The notes: generated by a model not told the origin, from the sequence alone. DNA of 64,000 bases from Schizochytrium sp. TIO01 (GCA_004764695.1 SMSO01000034.1:1240001-1304000), one strand, 5' to 3'. Shown: positions 43,550 through 55,956, counted from the first letter of the stretch. Translations and numbers: made by a program.

Positions 43550-46168
43550 ATGGTACAGACTCGCGGCAGATCGGAGTCCATGGAATCGGGTGCTAGCATG
43601 AGCACTGCCAACAACGCTGCCGGAGCCAAGTCCTCCAGGAAGTCTGTCAAGAAGACGGCAGCTACACCCAAGACGGCGCCAAAGACTGCATCCAAGACCG
43701 CCTCCAAGCGTAACGCACGTCTTACGAGCGTCGAGGAGGAAGAGGAGACCATCATTGCGCCCTCAACTACCCAAGTCGCCAAATCTGCCGCTAAATCTGT
43801 GCGCAAAAACGTCGCTAAATCTGCTGCCAAATCTGCCGCAAAGAAGTCCTCTAAGGCTGAGGATCACGAAGTCGTCTCCTCCAAGAAGTCCTCGTCTCCA
43901 GCTCGCAAGCGCTCTCTGTCCACCGCCAGCAGCCAGATCGCTGATGAGTCCAAGGCTAAGGCCTCTAATGGCGTCTCCTCCAGCAAGAAGCGTGCTCGCT
44001 CCAACTCCATGAACGGGAATGCGTCGCACGGTAGCGCAGCTATTCCATTCTCCCTCGAGGCAGCTAAGAAGCAGGAGTTCCAGGTTCATCGCTGCCGCTT
44101 CATCAGCTGGGTCCCCTTCGCTATCACCGCGATGGCTGCCTCGCCCTCAGGCTCTCAGCTCGCAGTGACTCGTGAGAACGGTGCAATTGAGGTCTGGGAG
44201 GTGAAGAACCAGAAGTGGCACCAAAGTGTTCTCGTTCCCGGCAAGGAGGAACCTGGAATGAGCGGAACGGTTCTGGCCTTGGTATGGGCCGGAAAGGATC
44301 GCCTGTTTGGCAGCGATATGGATGGCAGTGTGTTTGAGATTGACCTCGTGCGTCAGGCCCGTGTGCGTGAGACAAGCTCATTTGGAGGCGCTGTCTGGTG
44401 CATGTCTGCGAGTGAGGAGGAGGACAAGACTGTGATCGCCATGGGTTGCGAAGATGGCCGCGTGCGCATCTTTGAGGTGCTCCCTGGCCAAGGCTCTGGT
44501 CTAAACTACGTGCGGGCGTTCCGAAGCGTGGCAACTGGACGTATTCTTACCATCAAGTACCATCCGGCGGAGGATCAACGCCATATTGTGTACACTGGAG
44601 GTGTAGATGGCCTCATCCGCAAGTGGGATTCCACCTCTGGCCAGGTCGTGCTCCAGATTGCAACAGAGTCCTATGGTAAGTCCGAGCCCATTTGCCTGTG
44701 GACCTTGGCTGTTCTCAAGGATAGCACTCTGATCTCGGGCGACTCTGACGGACATGTGCACGTTTGGGATTCTCGTGACGAGGCAGGAACTTTGATTCGC
44801 AGCTTCCACGAGCACCGTGCTGATGTGACAACCCTTGCCGTCAGTAAGGACGAGAACACCGTCTTCGCCTCCGGTATCGATTCCCGCGTAGCTATGTTCC
44901 GCCGCATTCCCGCGTCCGAGAGCACCGGTGTGGAAGACTGGGTCTACGGCTACAGCCACCGCCCGCACTCGCGTGATGTCCGTGGCCTCGCCATCGTGGA
45001 CAATGGCAAAATCCTTGCCTCTGGCGGTAATGACACACAGATTTGCTGGTACCCTGTGGACTCTTTCGCCAAGGCTCGTCCCGCTCGCCTTGGACCCTTC
45101 TTACACCGTCAGCTTGTACACGTTGCCCGCGCTGGCAAGTTGTTGGCCACTCAGCACGCACACCACATTGAAATTTGGCGCACAAAGGCACAAGATCAAT
45201 TGGCTGCTCTGCGCTTTAAGGGACGTATGGGTATTCGCTGTTCTGCTCTCGCACCTTCAGGCACTCTTTTTGCTTGCGCTGATGATGCAGGTCTTAAGAT
45301 CTTCCACTTTGACGCCAACGAAGATGAGGAGTTTGGAGTGCAGCGTCTGAGTGAGGTCGAGACCGCTCTTGTCAGTGGCGATGCTAATGTTTCTGTGCGC
45401 TCTGATGGAGCTGTGGTTGCCGTGAGCTTTGTTGCATCTGGTGACAAGGGCGACAACCTTTTCGTGTACGCGTTCCAGTCGGGCCGTGTTTGCGTGGCCA
45501 AAATCTCTGGCAAGGGCGGAGAGGTTCAGAATGATGCCAATGCTGTCTCAATTGAGGCCTCCTGGGCTCCGGTCAGCGCCGAGAGCAAGAGCGCAGCCGT
45601 CAAGGAGCTTGCTGTTAGCTCGGATGGGCGCTGGGTTGCCATAGGCACCACTGCTGGTCACATTACAGTGTACGATGTGAGCACGAAGAAGATTCAAATG
45701 GAGATTGCTCGTGCGCTCACAAATGGCTCATTATTCACGGCCATGGCCTTTCAACCCAAGTCTGCGGTTCTCGCGGTGGCAAACATGAAGAACGAGTTCT
45801 TTCTCTTTGACATCAAGGCACAAAAATTGTCTCCGTGGAGTCTGGCCGCCGGTGACCGCCTTGATCCCCAACTGCTCAAGCAGCTTGAGGCTGTGATTGG
45901 CATCACCTTTGACCCTGTGGAGACTGACATGATGATCCTCTGGGGTCGCACATATGCCTGCAAGGTTCCTCTCGGCGATATGCCGCACGAGCTTGAGGGC
46001 CACGAGGCTGGCAGCTTGCGCTTTAACTTCCTCACGCGTTTTAAACCTTTGATGCACATGGAATGCACTGATGAGAGCGAAATGGTTGTTGTGGAGGCAC
46101 CTTGGCTCAAGGTTATGCAGAACTTCCAGGACCCGATCAAGCGCAAGGTCTATGGTGGTGCTACCTAA
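43550..46168 (+). CDS. UTP4: U3 snoRNA-associated protein 4 (Cirhin), WD40
   Basis: VHRCRF..W.P.AI, LAVTRENGAIEVW, FGGAVW, ISGDSDG, H.ADV, HSRDVR and C-terminal VVVEAPW...PIKRKVYG. Confidence 0.9.
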   Translation: MVQTRGRSESMESGASMSTANNAAGAKSSRKSVKKTAATPKTAPKTASKTASKRNARLTSVEEEEETIIAPSTTQVAKSAAKSVRKNVAKSAAKSAAKKSSKAEDHEVVSSKKSSSPARKRSLSTASSQIADESKAKASNGVSSSKKRARSNSMNGNASHGSAAIPFSLEAAKKQEFQVHRCRFISWVPFAITAMAASPSGSQLAVTRENGAIEVWEVKNQKWHQSVLVPGKEEPGMSGTVLALVWAGKDRLFGSDMDGSVFEIDLVRQARVRETSSFGGAVWCMSASEEEDKTVIAMGCEDGRVRIFEVLPGQGSGLNYVRAFRSVATGRILTIKYHPAEDQRHIVYTGGVDGLIRKWDSTSGQVVLQIATESYGKSEPICLWTLAVLKDSTLISGDSDGHVHVWDSRDEAGTLIRSFHEHRADVTTLAVSKDENTVFASGIDSRVAMFRRIPASESTGVEDWVYGYSHRPHSRDVRGLAIVDNGKILASGGNDTQICWYPVDSFAKARPARLGPFLHRQLVHVARAGKLLATQHAHHIEIWRTKAQDQLAALRFKGRMGIRCSALAPSGTLFACADDAGLKIFHFDANEDEEFGVQRLSEVETALVSGDANVSVRSDGAVVAVSFVASGDKGDNLFVYAFQSGRVCVAKISGKGGEVQNDANAVSIEASWAPVSAESKSAAVKELAVSSDGRWVAIGTTAGHITVYDVSTKKIQMEIARALTNGSLFTAMAFQPKSAVLAVANMKNEFFLFDIKAQKLSPWSLAAGDRLDPQLLKQLEAVIGITFDPVETDMMILWGRTYACKVPLGDMPHELEGHEAGSLRFNFLTRFKPLMHMECTDESEMVVVEAPWLKVMQNFQDPIKRKVYGGAT

Positions 46169-47606
46169 GCGAACATGTTTGTTGCTGACTTGGTCCACAA
46201 CGCAAAGACACTTTATGCGAAGAAGACGACGACGACTAAACAGAGCGCCCTTAATGTCAACTGTAGTGGCGACGACACGCGTGCTGATGCTGATGCTGAT
46301 GCTGAATCAAATGATAGAACGATTAAGCAAAGGAAAGCAATCAACTTGGAGTGAAATAGAACTCAATACTTTGTTTTAACACCTTTAAATTCCCAGATAT
46401 AGAAACAGCTTTAAAAAAATAAAATAACATCAACGAGAAAAGTTAATTCCAAGGTGGTTTCCATTGTCCTTTTCTGAAGGTGGCTGCAATGAATTGATGA
46501 AGGTCAAACTGATTCATTCAAAGAAAAGCTCAAGAGATTGTTTTTCCCAGGGGGCATTTAATGAAATGTACACTAGATTACCTTGCCCCCCCACGAGCCC
46601 TTGCAGGGATTTAACGCAGTGTCTCAACGAAGAAGTGATCTTAGCAACCTAGTGGATGTATTTCTACTAGCAGAGCGTAATGACTTTTGTCTCGGTTTGA
46701 CGATGAATAGATTTAATGCAATTGGTAGAGTGAACTTAAATCTTTCGTCAAAAAAAGAAAGAAAAGAAAAGAGCAAACAAACAAGTCGAGCCTCCACAAT
46801 TAATGGTGCGAGATAACAGTTAAAACATCTCTTTCAACATTTATTAATGCTTGATATTCTCATGGTGTAAAAATGAATATGCAGAAGGCATAACGTATAT
46901 GATGAGTGAAGCATACGAGCGAAGGGAAGCGAGCAAACACTGTTATGATGTCAGCAGCATTTCAAGATCAATTCGTGCACACAGAGTTACGATAGATACG
47001 GTATGTCCATTTTAAAGTAGAACATGGAGTAAAGGAGAGTAAGGGAGGAATAAGCTAATAAAGAAAGGGTGGCGTTAGGGGAGAAGACAGACGTGTGTAT
47101 TTATGGCAGGCCAAAGGGAGCTCCTCTGAGACAAGAGCTTATGGGCTTAATACACTTTCATTGTTCATTACTCAGCTCTTGGTGAGAGCTGTTGCTATGT
47201 GCTCTTGATCTTTCCTCTCTTCTTCTTCATTCTTGTTTTCGATTTTGTTCGATTATCAGCGTGGGAACGGTAGAATAGTGTTTGGGGTAAAAGTTGTTTG
47301 TCAATATTGCAGTTAATTTGCAGAGTCTGGCCTCATTCGCAAAAACACGTGTTGGGCAGTACGAATTTAAGCATGCAGATGCTAGTGTATTCTTCAAGCA
47401 GCGTGCGTGCCATGTCAACGATCTGTCCACAGAGGCCAGGTAAACTCCGAGATGGAGGATGCGGAGGGGGGGCGAGGAGGGCGCAATATCATCGCGCAGG
47501 CATCTAAGGCAAGACCAGAGAAGGCGTTAGGGCGGTGCTGCAGGCGTGCATAACATACATAACATGCGAGTATTGAATATGCTATGCTATGTTGTCCTGC
47601 GTGCCC

Positions 47607-48080
47607 TTAGACTGTTTTTGCGGTCAAGAGATCCTCCTCTTGTGCCTTTTTACGGCGGTACTCCTCATTCTCGCGCAGCAGACGATCCGAGAGCCACTCA
47701 AGGTGTACCCAGAACTCAGGCTGGTCACCCTTGAGAGCCGCAGAACACGGGCTTGAGAACTGCTCGAGGCCAAAGACAATAATGCGCCATGAGAGACCAA
47801 TGTCCTTGTCCTTTTCAGACCATTCCTTCATGAGCTTTTGGAGGCGTTTCTGGAGTTTGATCGCGGGCTTGCCGTTGTGCCAGAGCATCGTGGTGAACGG
47901 GGTAGTGTACTCCGCGCAGACTTCATTGATCTCGGTGGCGCGGAGCTCGAGGGCCTCCATGCCTCCCATACGGGGAAGGATGGTGTTCACAACCTCCTCA
48001 TTCCTCGCAAAGTCCTCCGCAGCGTACTTGCGAGTACCCTGCCAACCCGTCTCGTCAATGTCCTTGCACTTCCAGTTCAT
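47607..48080 (-). CDS. Small hypothetical protein (157 aa), weakly Erf4/GOLGA7-like
   Basis: GC3-rich codon usage and a gcaagATG start. The IN...L..L...W..K...GLSW pattern is only suggestive of the family. Confidence 0.7.
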   Translation of the reverse strand: MNWKCKDIDETGWQGTRKYAAEDFARNEEVVNTILPRMGGMEALELRATEINEVCAEYTTPFTTMLWHNGKPAIKLQKRLQKLMKEWSEKDKDIGLSWRIIVFGLEQFSSPCSAALKGDQPEFWVHLEWLSDRLLRENEEYRRKKAQEEDLLTAKTV

Positions 48081-48879
48081 CTTGCTAGGCTGCTGCGAAA
48101 GGAAACGTCGAAGCAACGGCACGTAAGATAGCTTGCTTGCCAAACGGATGTACTCCGAGCACAGACAACGAGGTTACCGATCTGCGATATGCAAAGCAGA
48201 GCAGAGCCAACTAAAGCAAGCAAGCAAGCTAACAGAAGACAAGACAGCTAGACACGCAGAGGTCAGCACGAGATACCACGCGAGGAGAACACCTGCAAAA
48301 ACAGTTGCCACTCCAAGCCAGGGCAGATGCGCAGGGGTTCGAGGTTTGGCCTTGAAACGTGTCCAAGTTCTTCACTCTTTGACGTTCGTTCGTTTGTTCA
48401 TTCATTCATATTCATTCCAAAACTCTGTTTATTTTTATTTTTTTTACTCGTTTATCTTTAGAAAAAACAAACTATTCGCGCTTTCCTTTAGTAACTTTCT
48501 TGAAAGAATATACATACATATATAACATGCATACTGCTTCCTCATAGTTAGTTATTAAAAAACAAAAACAAAAAACAGATAAACAATACGAACGTTTAAA
48601 TTTATTTAAAAAAATAGTTTCTGATAATTCTCTTATTCTTCACACAGACAAACAGGCGCAACAAAGAAAGCGCTTTACCGAGGGGTTCTGCTTCTATCTT
48701 CTTTGTTTTTATTCGCATTCCACCTCATCGTCGCCGTGGCGACCACTGTACACGCGATGTCAACGCCTCAGCACGAGTGATCCGAGCGTATTTGCGCAAA
48801 TAAAATACACGAGCCACGGGTAACAGAACAGAGAAAAGCCAAAAAATCAAAAGCCAATGAAAGAAAAGAAAAGCCAATG

Positions 48880-48974
48880 AAAGAAAAGAAAAGAAAAGAA
48901 AAGAAAAGAAAAGAAAAGAAAAGAAAAGAAAAGAAAAGAAAAGAAAAGAAAAGAAAAGAAAAGAAAAGAAAAAA
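48880..48974. repeat. (AAAAG)n microsatellite
   Basis: Directly visible. Confidence 0.95.
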
Positions 48975-49038
48975 GAGCCCGAAATTTCGGGTTCGCGTTG
49001 TCCTTTCTCCTTTCAGGATCATTCAAGTTATTATAAAC

Positions 49039-49156
49039 AAATAAATAAATAAATAAATAAATGAATGAATAAATGAATGAATAAATGAATAAATAAATAA
49101 ATGAATGAATAAATGAATGAATAAATGAATAAATGAATGAATAAATGAATGAATGA
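49039..49156. repeat. (AATG/AATA)n microsatellite
   Basis: Directly visible. Confidence 0.95.
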
Positions 49157-49764
49157 AGTGACTTGATATCCAACTCGCTGTACCATCGTTGACTCCGCAG
49201 TCCACTGACTTCCCGTCCAATCAGACAATCGAATCTTCAAAGCTGATAACGCCACTGCAGAACTCCAACTCGGAGGGCTTCAACCCAAAGAACCTCAATT
49301 CCAAGACCTTAGACTTGATTGAGTCTTCTTGATTCTAATCCCTCTCTCGTGTAGACCAAACAGGGGAAACCAGAAGAAAAGACAGCGATAGCGCACCCCT
49401 TAGGACACCCCCCTACGTATCTACCACCTACACCTATTGTATTCTGTAAACGGATACCTACTAGTAGTACCTGCTTACTCTAAAGACCGTCGCAGAGAGG
49501 AAAGAAAGTGAACTCTTTTCTTTCTTACTTCTTTTTCTTTCCTCTACTTTTCCCGAAATCTATTGTTGGCTAATGCTAAGACTACTTTCAAATAGCTAAT
49601 AACTAGCTAGCTCTGGTTTACACATTTTAGTTTTGATTTGTTAACTGATTCACTTATTTATTGAAAGAATCAAAACCCGAGTGATTCGAATCGCATCAAA
49701 CTAATTGGCATAATAGGGCTATAGGTACAATGGTGAAAGCAATCAATCAATCAGTCTCGATCGA

Positions 49765-49833
49765 ATTCAATCACATTCAATCACATTCAATCATATTCAA
49801 TCACATTCAATCACATTCAATCACATTCAATCA
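49765..49833. repeat. (ATTCAATCAC)n 10-bp tandem repeat, about 7 copies
   Basis: Directly visible. Confidence 0.9.
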
Positions 49834-49864
49834 ATCAATCAATTTCAGAAAACACTCACTCACT

Positions 49865-49975
49865 CTCTTTCTCTTTCTCTTTCTCTTTCTCTTTCTCTTT
49901 CTCTTTCTCTTTCTCTTTCTCTTTCTCTTTCTCTTTCTCTTTCTCTTTCTCTTTCTCTTTCTCTTTCTCTTTCTC
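49865..49975. repeat. (CTCTTT)n microsatellite
   Basis: Directly visible. Confidence 0.95.
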
Positions 49976-50272
49976 TGTCTGTCTCTCTCACACAAATACT
50001 CTTCAATATCCAATCGCAAATCTTCAACCAGAATCAACCAATGTGCCGAGAAACTCTGCCCATTCACCTGCGCTGCGGCCGCACGCACGCGTAGGCTAGC
50101 GGCCTCGCAGAAGGCAGCACCAGCAGGAGCAGGAGCAGGAGCATGAGCAGGCCCGAGGGAGCGGGAGGCCGCGCGATTGGCTTCCGGGGCCTGCGCGCGG
50201 CTCCTTCTTCCGAGGGCAGCGTGTGCGTCCGAAGAGGTGCTTCCTGCACATACTATATATATATACATACAT

Positions 50273-50383
50273 ACATTCATTCATTTATTCATTCATTCAT
50301 TCATTCATTTATTCATTCATTCATTTATTCATTCATTCATTCATTCATTCATTCATTCATTCATTCATTCATTCATTCATTCA
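50273..50383. repeat. (CATT/TATT)n microsatellite
   Basis: Directly visible. Confidence 0.95.
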
Positions 50384-50743
50384 TACGTATGTACAGTATA
50401 TATATACAAACATACATTATTGAAGAGCAGAGAGAAAGAAAGAACCCCTGTTCCAAGAAGAAAGAAAGAACGGGAGAACAGCTCGACCAAGACGAAACGA
50501 AACGAGACAAGAGCAAACAAACTAAACCAGGCCAAAGCCGAGCGGGCAAACCAGGGCAAACGCGGGAGGAGGGGGCTCGGCCGGAGCTCCCAGGCAGCTC
50601 GCCCAGCTCAGAAGCAGGGCGCTGTCCCGGCTGCCTGGCTGCCTGGCTGCCTGGCTGGCTGCCTGGAGATGTGAGAGGCCCGCGCAGCCCGGAGGAACAG
50701 AACAGCGGGAATGGAACGCGATGGAACGGCACGTGTTTCCGGG

Positions 50744-50791
50744 TATATATATATATATATATATATAGATATATATATATAGAGAGAGAGA
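50744..50791. repeat. (AT)n(AG)n compound microsatellite
   Basis: Directly visible. Confidence 0.9.
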
Positions 50792-53700
50792 GTGAGAGAA
50801 CGAAGACGGGGATAAGTGGGACCACAATTAGAGCTATGGGTGATAGGTGGACCGCAGTAAAAAGAAAGATGAGCGAAGCGATGGAGCAGAACTCGAGAAG
50901 GAGAAGAAGAAGAACTCGAAGAACTTGGACCTCGGGCCCATCAAGAGCGAGCTGGAGCGGCGCTGCCCGGACAGCCCAGCCCAGCCCAGCACAGGCAAGG
51001 CAAGGCCACGGACGGCCGGCCGCTCTGCGTTCCTGCAGAACCAGCGGCAGCCCAGGACGTTCCGCTGGCTGCGGAGACCGAGGGGCATTCAGTCAGTCAA
51101 CGAGATCTCCGATTGTTTCAATCTTCTTATAGGCGCCTATGTTCTGTTCTGTTCTGTTCTGTTCTGTTCTATTTTCATTCTATCGTTCCGTTCCGTTCGA
51201 GAGCTTTGGCCGCGATCTCAAATGGAGAAGGGATTAGAGTTCTTTCTCTCTTGCTTGAGACTTGAAGATCTTGGCGTGAGGCGCCTGCAAGCTTGGGCAT
51301 TCCAGCTCAGCGCAGACGCTGAAGCTGCGGTCGGGGCGGTCCAGGGTGTAAGCTAGAAGCTTGAAGCTTGGGGGCGGCAGGTCCTCACGCGGGAGAATTG
51401 AAAGTCTGTTTGTTGCCACGAGAACAACGTTGTTTTAGTTGGGGCGATTGGGTAAATTATTTTTTTAAAGTGCATTCAATTTTATCTCCATTATTTAGTT
51501 ACTGAATTTAAATTTAGATTTAAATTTAAAAATAAAATTTTAAATAAAACTCGAAAGGTTTAACCTCTTTTTCTTTTTTTCTTTTTTTTAAAATGAGCAT
51601 GGACACTGGCAATTACTGTTATTATTACTACTATGACCATAATTTTGGGGATCTCTCTTTTATTAAAAAATAAAATTATATATATACATATATTATCAAA
51701 CAGAAAAAATAAGGAAAAGTGGTCTTCAAAAAATAGACAGTTCTGAACTCTAAAGAGATCGCAAAAGAAGGAGAAACAAGTTTGAATCCTCTAATTCAAA
51801 TAATTCAAACAGTTCTAACAATCGAAACAGTTCAAACAATTCAAATTCAAATTCAAATCCGACTTCGATACAGAATTCAATCGCGGTAGAACTTCGCGAA
51901 GTGAAGGCGGTCGCCACGCCGGTCGTGGAGAGCGCAGAGCCCGCGCGCAGCAGAGGGCTGAGCGCTCAGCTTGGTCGGGAAGCGGTTGGAGACGGGTGCC
52001 CAGCTGCGTAAATGCGATGTGCCAGTTCCTCGGGGCGCTTCCATGAGCAGTTGAGGGTATGTATGTATCAAAGAGCCTCCAAACCGGTCTGTGGAGGGCC
52101 TCGCTCGACGGCCACCCGGAAGGAGGTGGTGCGCCTTGAAGACTCCATCGCACAGCCTACGAGGCGGCGCCGAGACTAGCTCGCTGCACTCGAGTTCGAC
52201 GCGGATCTCGAGCTCGAAGTGTCTGCTTGAAAAGAGGCATGAAGGAATTCCAATCGTTCCTGAGAATACACTTGAATTCGTCAAGTTCGTGGGGAAAGAT
52301 TCGAATTACGCACGACATGAACGCCAGCGGGCTCGAGAGCCTGAGTTCGGAGGGAACTGCGCGGACGTGCAATGGCGCTAGTCACCATCATCCTCGTCTC
52401 ATCTGGTTGAGCGCCCTGCCTAGGGCAACTAGCTCTGCGGGCATTTGGTTGCTACGCTCTTTCAGGCAGGGAGAGAGCACGCGTTAGATCTCTTTAGCTA
52501 GCTAGAGGTTTCAAGTTATTTCTGTGACTTGAAAAAATGGATGGGCATTTTGAGGTGAGTCCTGGGATATCCTTTGTTCTTCAGAAACAGAATGCGCGAA
52601 GAACCTCGCAAGGCCGGCTGGCCCCGCTGCAGGCTGCGAGGCTTCCTGGCGCTGCTGCGGCGTGCATGGTGGTTGGCTTCTTGTGGCTAAACACCAGTAT
52701 TATTCGAGGCAAATGGAATGATCTCCTTGAGCGTAAAGCGCAAGGGCAACCCGTGCTGCTCCCCCAAGGCTCCTAACCTCAAGTCCCTCATCTTTCATGA
52801 TGGAGTTCCTTCTCTCTCCCTTCTCCCTCAACGGTGCTCCGCACGATGTACTGCTTGCTGCCTGTCACCAGCGAAACCATGCGGCAGGTCTTCTTCGCAG
52901 CCCCGGGCCCATGAACCCACGAATCGATCCTTGGCTTGAGCTCTCTATTCTCACGACTGAAAGCGAGGGCGGCGCTGTCACTCTGTCCCAGCCCCTCTAC
53001 TACGAGCCGGCCAGGGCTCTTCGCAACTAATTTACATGCTCACTGCGTTACCATAGTACATAAAAATGGTGCGGCAGCGGTGCCACTTGTATTGGTCCCT
53101 TCGTGAACCGAGGCAACCGAGGTAACCGCGGCAAGCTCCTGAGCAGCCGTTGCCTGAGCAACGTCAGGACGGCTTTGTCATTGCAAAAGAGCGAGGATCG
53201 CCACCGTCCCAACTACTGCTACGACTGATGGAACTTTGGGTAGGTACCGTTCTTTCGTTTCAAAAACATTTGCCTTCTCTTTTCTTACGTGAAAAGAAAG
53301 AAAAAAGAAAAAAGAAGAAACAAATAAAAACTTGGAATTTTTTCATTGTTTTTTTTTTTTTAAATGAAGAAGAACACTACCTGCCAGTGGCCTCGTCTCT
53401 TGACCTGATACTCGAATCACAAGCCTGGGCGCAAAGGAGCACGAATCAAGGAGAAGGCTCATGAGTCAATCTGCCACCCACCGTACCTGAACGATGCGTT
53501 CGGAATTTATACTATTTGTTTCGGAATTTATAACAACACGAGTCCGTAATCTCTTTCTAGCAAGCGGCCTTGAGGCAACCAACACCGCTGAGTCATTCCA
53601 GGTGGAGTGGGAAATTGAGGGGACTTCGTTTTCTGTGGTTTGCCGATTTCTTAATCTCGACCAAGCACGCTAGACATACTAGAGACTAGTAGTGATATGT

Positions 53701-54733
53701 TGACGCAGCACTTCACCTCTGAATAATGTTGGCCTGAAACTGAAGGCAAGGTTTCAATTATCCACCCCAAATCGTCATTTAAAGCTGTTGTGTGCCTTGC
53801 AGCAGGTGTATAGTACTTTCTCATATTCTGCTTCTGTTGGAAGATCATTTCTCGGTTCTCTGTTCATGAAACCTGATATAGATAGAGATCTCCTGAGGGG
53901 ACGTCGTTTCATCCAATGATAATAAGAGGAGACTCAGGTCTTAAAAGCTTGAGCAAACAAAGTGAAACCAGACATTTAGTTTTCCATTATAAAGCTTACA
54001 CCTCTGTAGTGCTGACTGAGTTGTACCACCATAACTCAAGGGACGCAGTCAGCTAATGGAGAGTGTGTTATGGGTGAATGAATAGTGCTTCAGAAGTCCA
54101 GCCCAGTAAGATAGTATCGATGAAGCTATAAATTGCTACCATTTGAGCATGGAAAGTCCCCACCTTTCTAGCTAGTACAATTGTTCATGTGGAGTGCTCT
54201 GCCCGTTGAGGCCTCCCTCTACTATTAACTTCTGTTTTTCCGGGGCGAAGGGAGATCAAAGGTTACTTTGCTTACCACACCACTTCAGGCTCGCCACATT
54301 TTGTGGTCTCGCACAATCACCATTGGAATAAGATAAAATAAAATTGCGATTGTCTGTCTAGTATCGAGTAGTTCAATTGATCATTCTTCCTACGTGTGTC
54401 AACTTGCCTAACCTCAACCTTGTTGGTACCTAGCTAGCAACCAACATCAAATTAGAATGGAATGGGGGCCTTCTATCCTTTCATATAGCTAGACCCAGTA
54501 TCGTAGCCGCCAACTAAAGAGCCTCTAAGGAACTTAGTGGCCTAAAATGCAACTAGGTACCTCCTACCTACTATACTCCAATACAGGCCAAGGCAGGGAG
54601 ACAGGTACAAAAGGACCCCAGAGTGACTGGTGCCCACAAGAAATAAGCAAGATTTGAAAGAAATTGGCAGGCAAGCGAAAGGAGCGCGAGCGATGCTAAA
54701 CAGCGTGAGGAATATCAAGTATGTTGTTAGAGT

Positions 54734-55144
54734 TTACGCGGACTGCTTGAGCTCCTTGAACTTCTTCTTGATAGCCTTGTTCTTGGCCTTCTTTGCAAGC
54801 ATGACCTTGAAGCGGTCGAAGTCGTTCATTTCCCTCCTCTTGCGGCGAGACTCGAGCTTCTTGGCGAGCGCAGACTCGTTCCACTTAGACTCGAACTCGG
54901 CGGCATCAAGAGCCTTAATGAGGGTCTTCTGGCGGGCCTGAACACCGAGGTCAATCTTGATGTCGGTGAGGGTGATGCGCTTGAGGTTAATAACCTGACG
55001 CTTCACGCCAGTGCGAGCCTCAGGGCCATCGACGAGGACGCGGTTCTGGTCCACGACGTTGACGATGGTGCAGAGCTTGTTGGCGAGGGGGCCGTAGTTG
55101 ATAAGGCACACACGGCCAACCTCAACGAACTTGGTGAACACCAT
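54734..55144 (-). CDS. RPL14: 60S ribosomal protein L14 (eL14)
   Basis: MVFTKFVEVGRVCLINYGP...IVNVVDQNRVLVDGP...MNDFDRFKVM, with strong codon bias. Confidence 0.96.
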   Translation of the reverse strand: MVFTKFVEVGRVCLINYGPLANKLCTIVNVVDQNRVLVDGPEARTGVKRQVINLKRITLTDIKIDLGVQARQKTLIKALDAAEFESKWNESALAKKLESRRKRREMNDFDRFKVMLAKKAKNKAIKKKFKELKQSA

Positions 55145-55167
55145 TGTGCCGGTGAAGGGTTTGCAAA

Positions 55168-55709
55168 CTGTAGTAGACAAAGTACACCATTGAGTCATTT
55201 CATGACCACGTTAGTCTTTCCTTGCTCCTTAATAATATCACCTCCATTGATCATTCCTCTTCGTAAATATTTCTCTGAGCAGTCGCAGCTAGCTCTGCAC
55301 AGAAGTTGCCACAGTATCGATGAACCCCATGTGACTTCCGTGTGATCTTAAGAGCGCTGAAGGCCAACAACCTTCACCATCTAGTCAAATAAGCTGTCTA
55401 TAGGGCTCTGACTTGTGGCAAGCCCTGCCCTGAGCACGATACCAGACGGCGTGGAGCCTCTTCAATATCCTCCGCTGCTCATAAACAGTCTCATCAACAC
55501 GCCGCATCCTCAAAAAGGCAAAGCATGCCGTGTGCTGCCCTGTGACTGGTTGGTGGCACCTGGCCATGGCCACTCCATGACCGCTCCATGACCCGCATGA
55601 GCAGTTGGAGAGTCCACCGCTGCCTCCCAGAAAGAAGATGAAGTCCCCACCACGCCCGGCTACCAACCTCGAGGCCTTCCTTGGGCCGTGGCGCCCATCG
55701 CAAACCTAC
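55168..55709 (-). other. Probable 5'UTR intron of RPL14
   Basis: gag|gtaggt donor, gactaac branch point and ctacag| acceptor 23 nt upstream of the ATG. Confidence 0.6.
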
Positions 55710-55956
55710 CTCACGCTGTCTGCACTCCGCTACGTTCTGCTCTGTCGCCGCCAGAAAGCCTCCCTCTTGTTTCTTCTCTTTGACTCCCTGCTTTCTATGG
55801 CTGCTAGCTATAACCTACTTCTAGCCTTCTATAACTCACTTGTCTTCACGCGCCTCTTCGCAATACTCTACTGCTGACGCCTTTTCTCTACTGTATACCC
55901 ACTATAGCGCACTTCCCGGCCTCACACAGGCCAGCCTCTCCACCGCCCGCTCGCAT

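Noticed and set aside
49765-49833. 10-bp repeat array considered as CRISPR-like or telomeric
   Set aside because: No unique spacers, no cas genes and not a telomere unit.
49730-51356. Long ORFs such as 50143-51132 (329 aa) and 49831-50280
   Set aside because: They are open mainly because of stop-free microsatellites and GC-rich sequence; the translations are low complexity.
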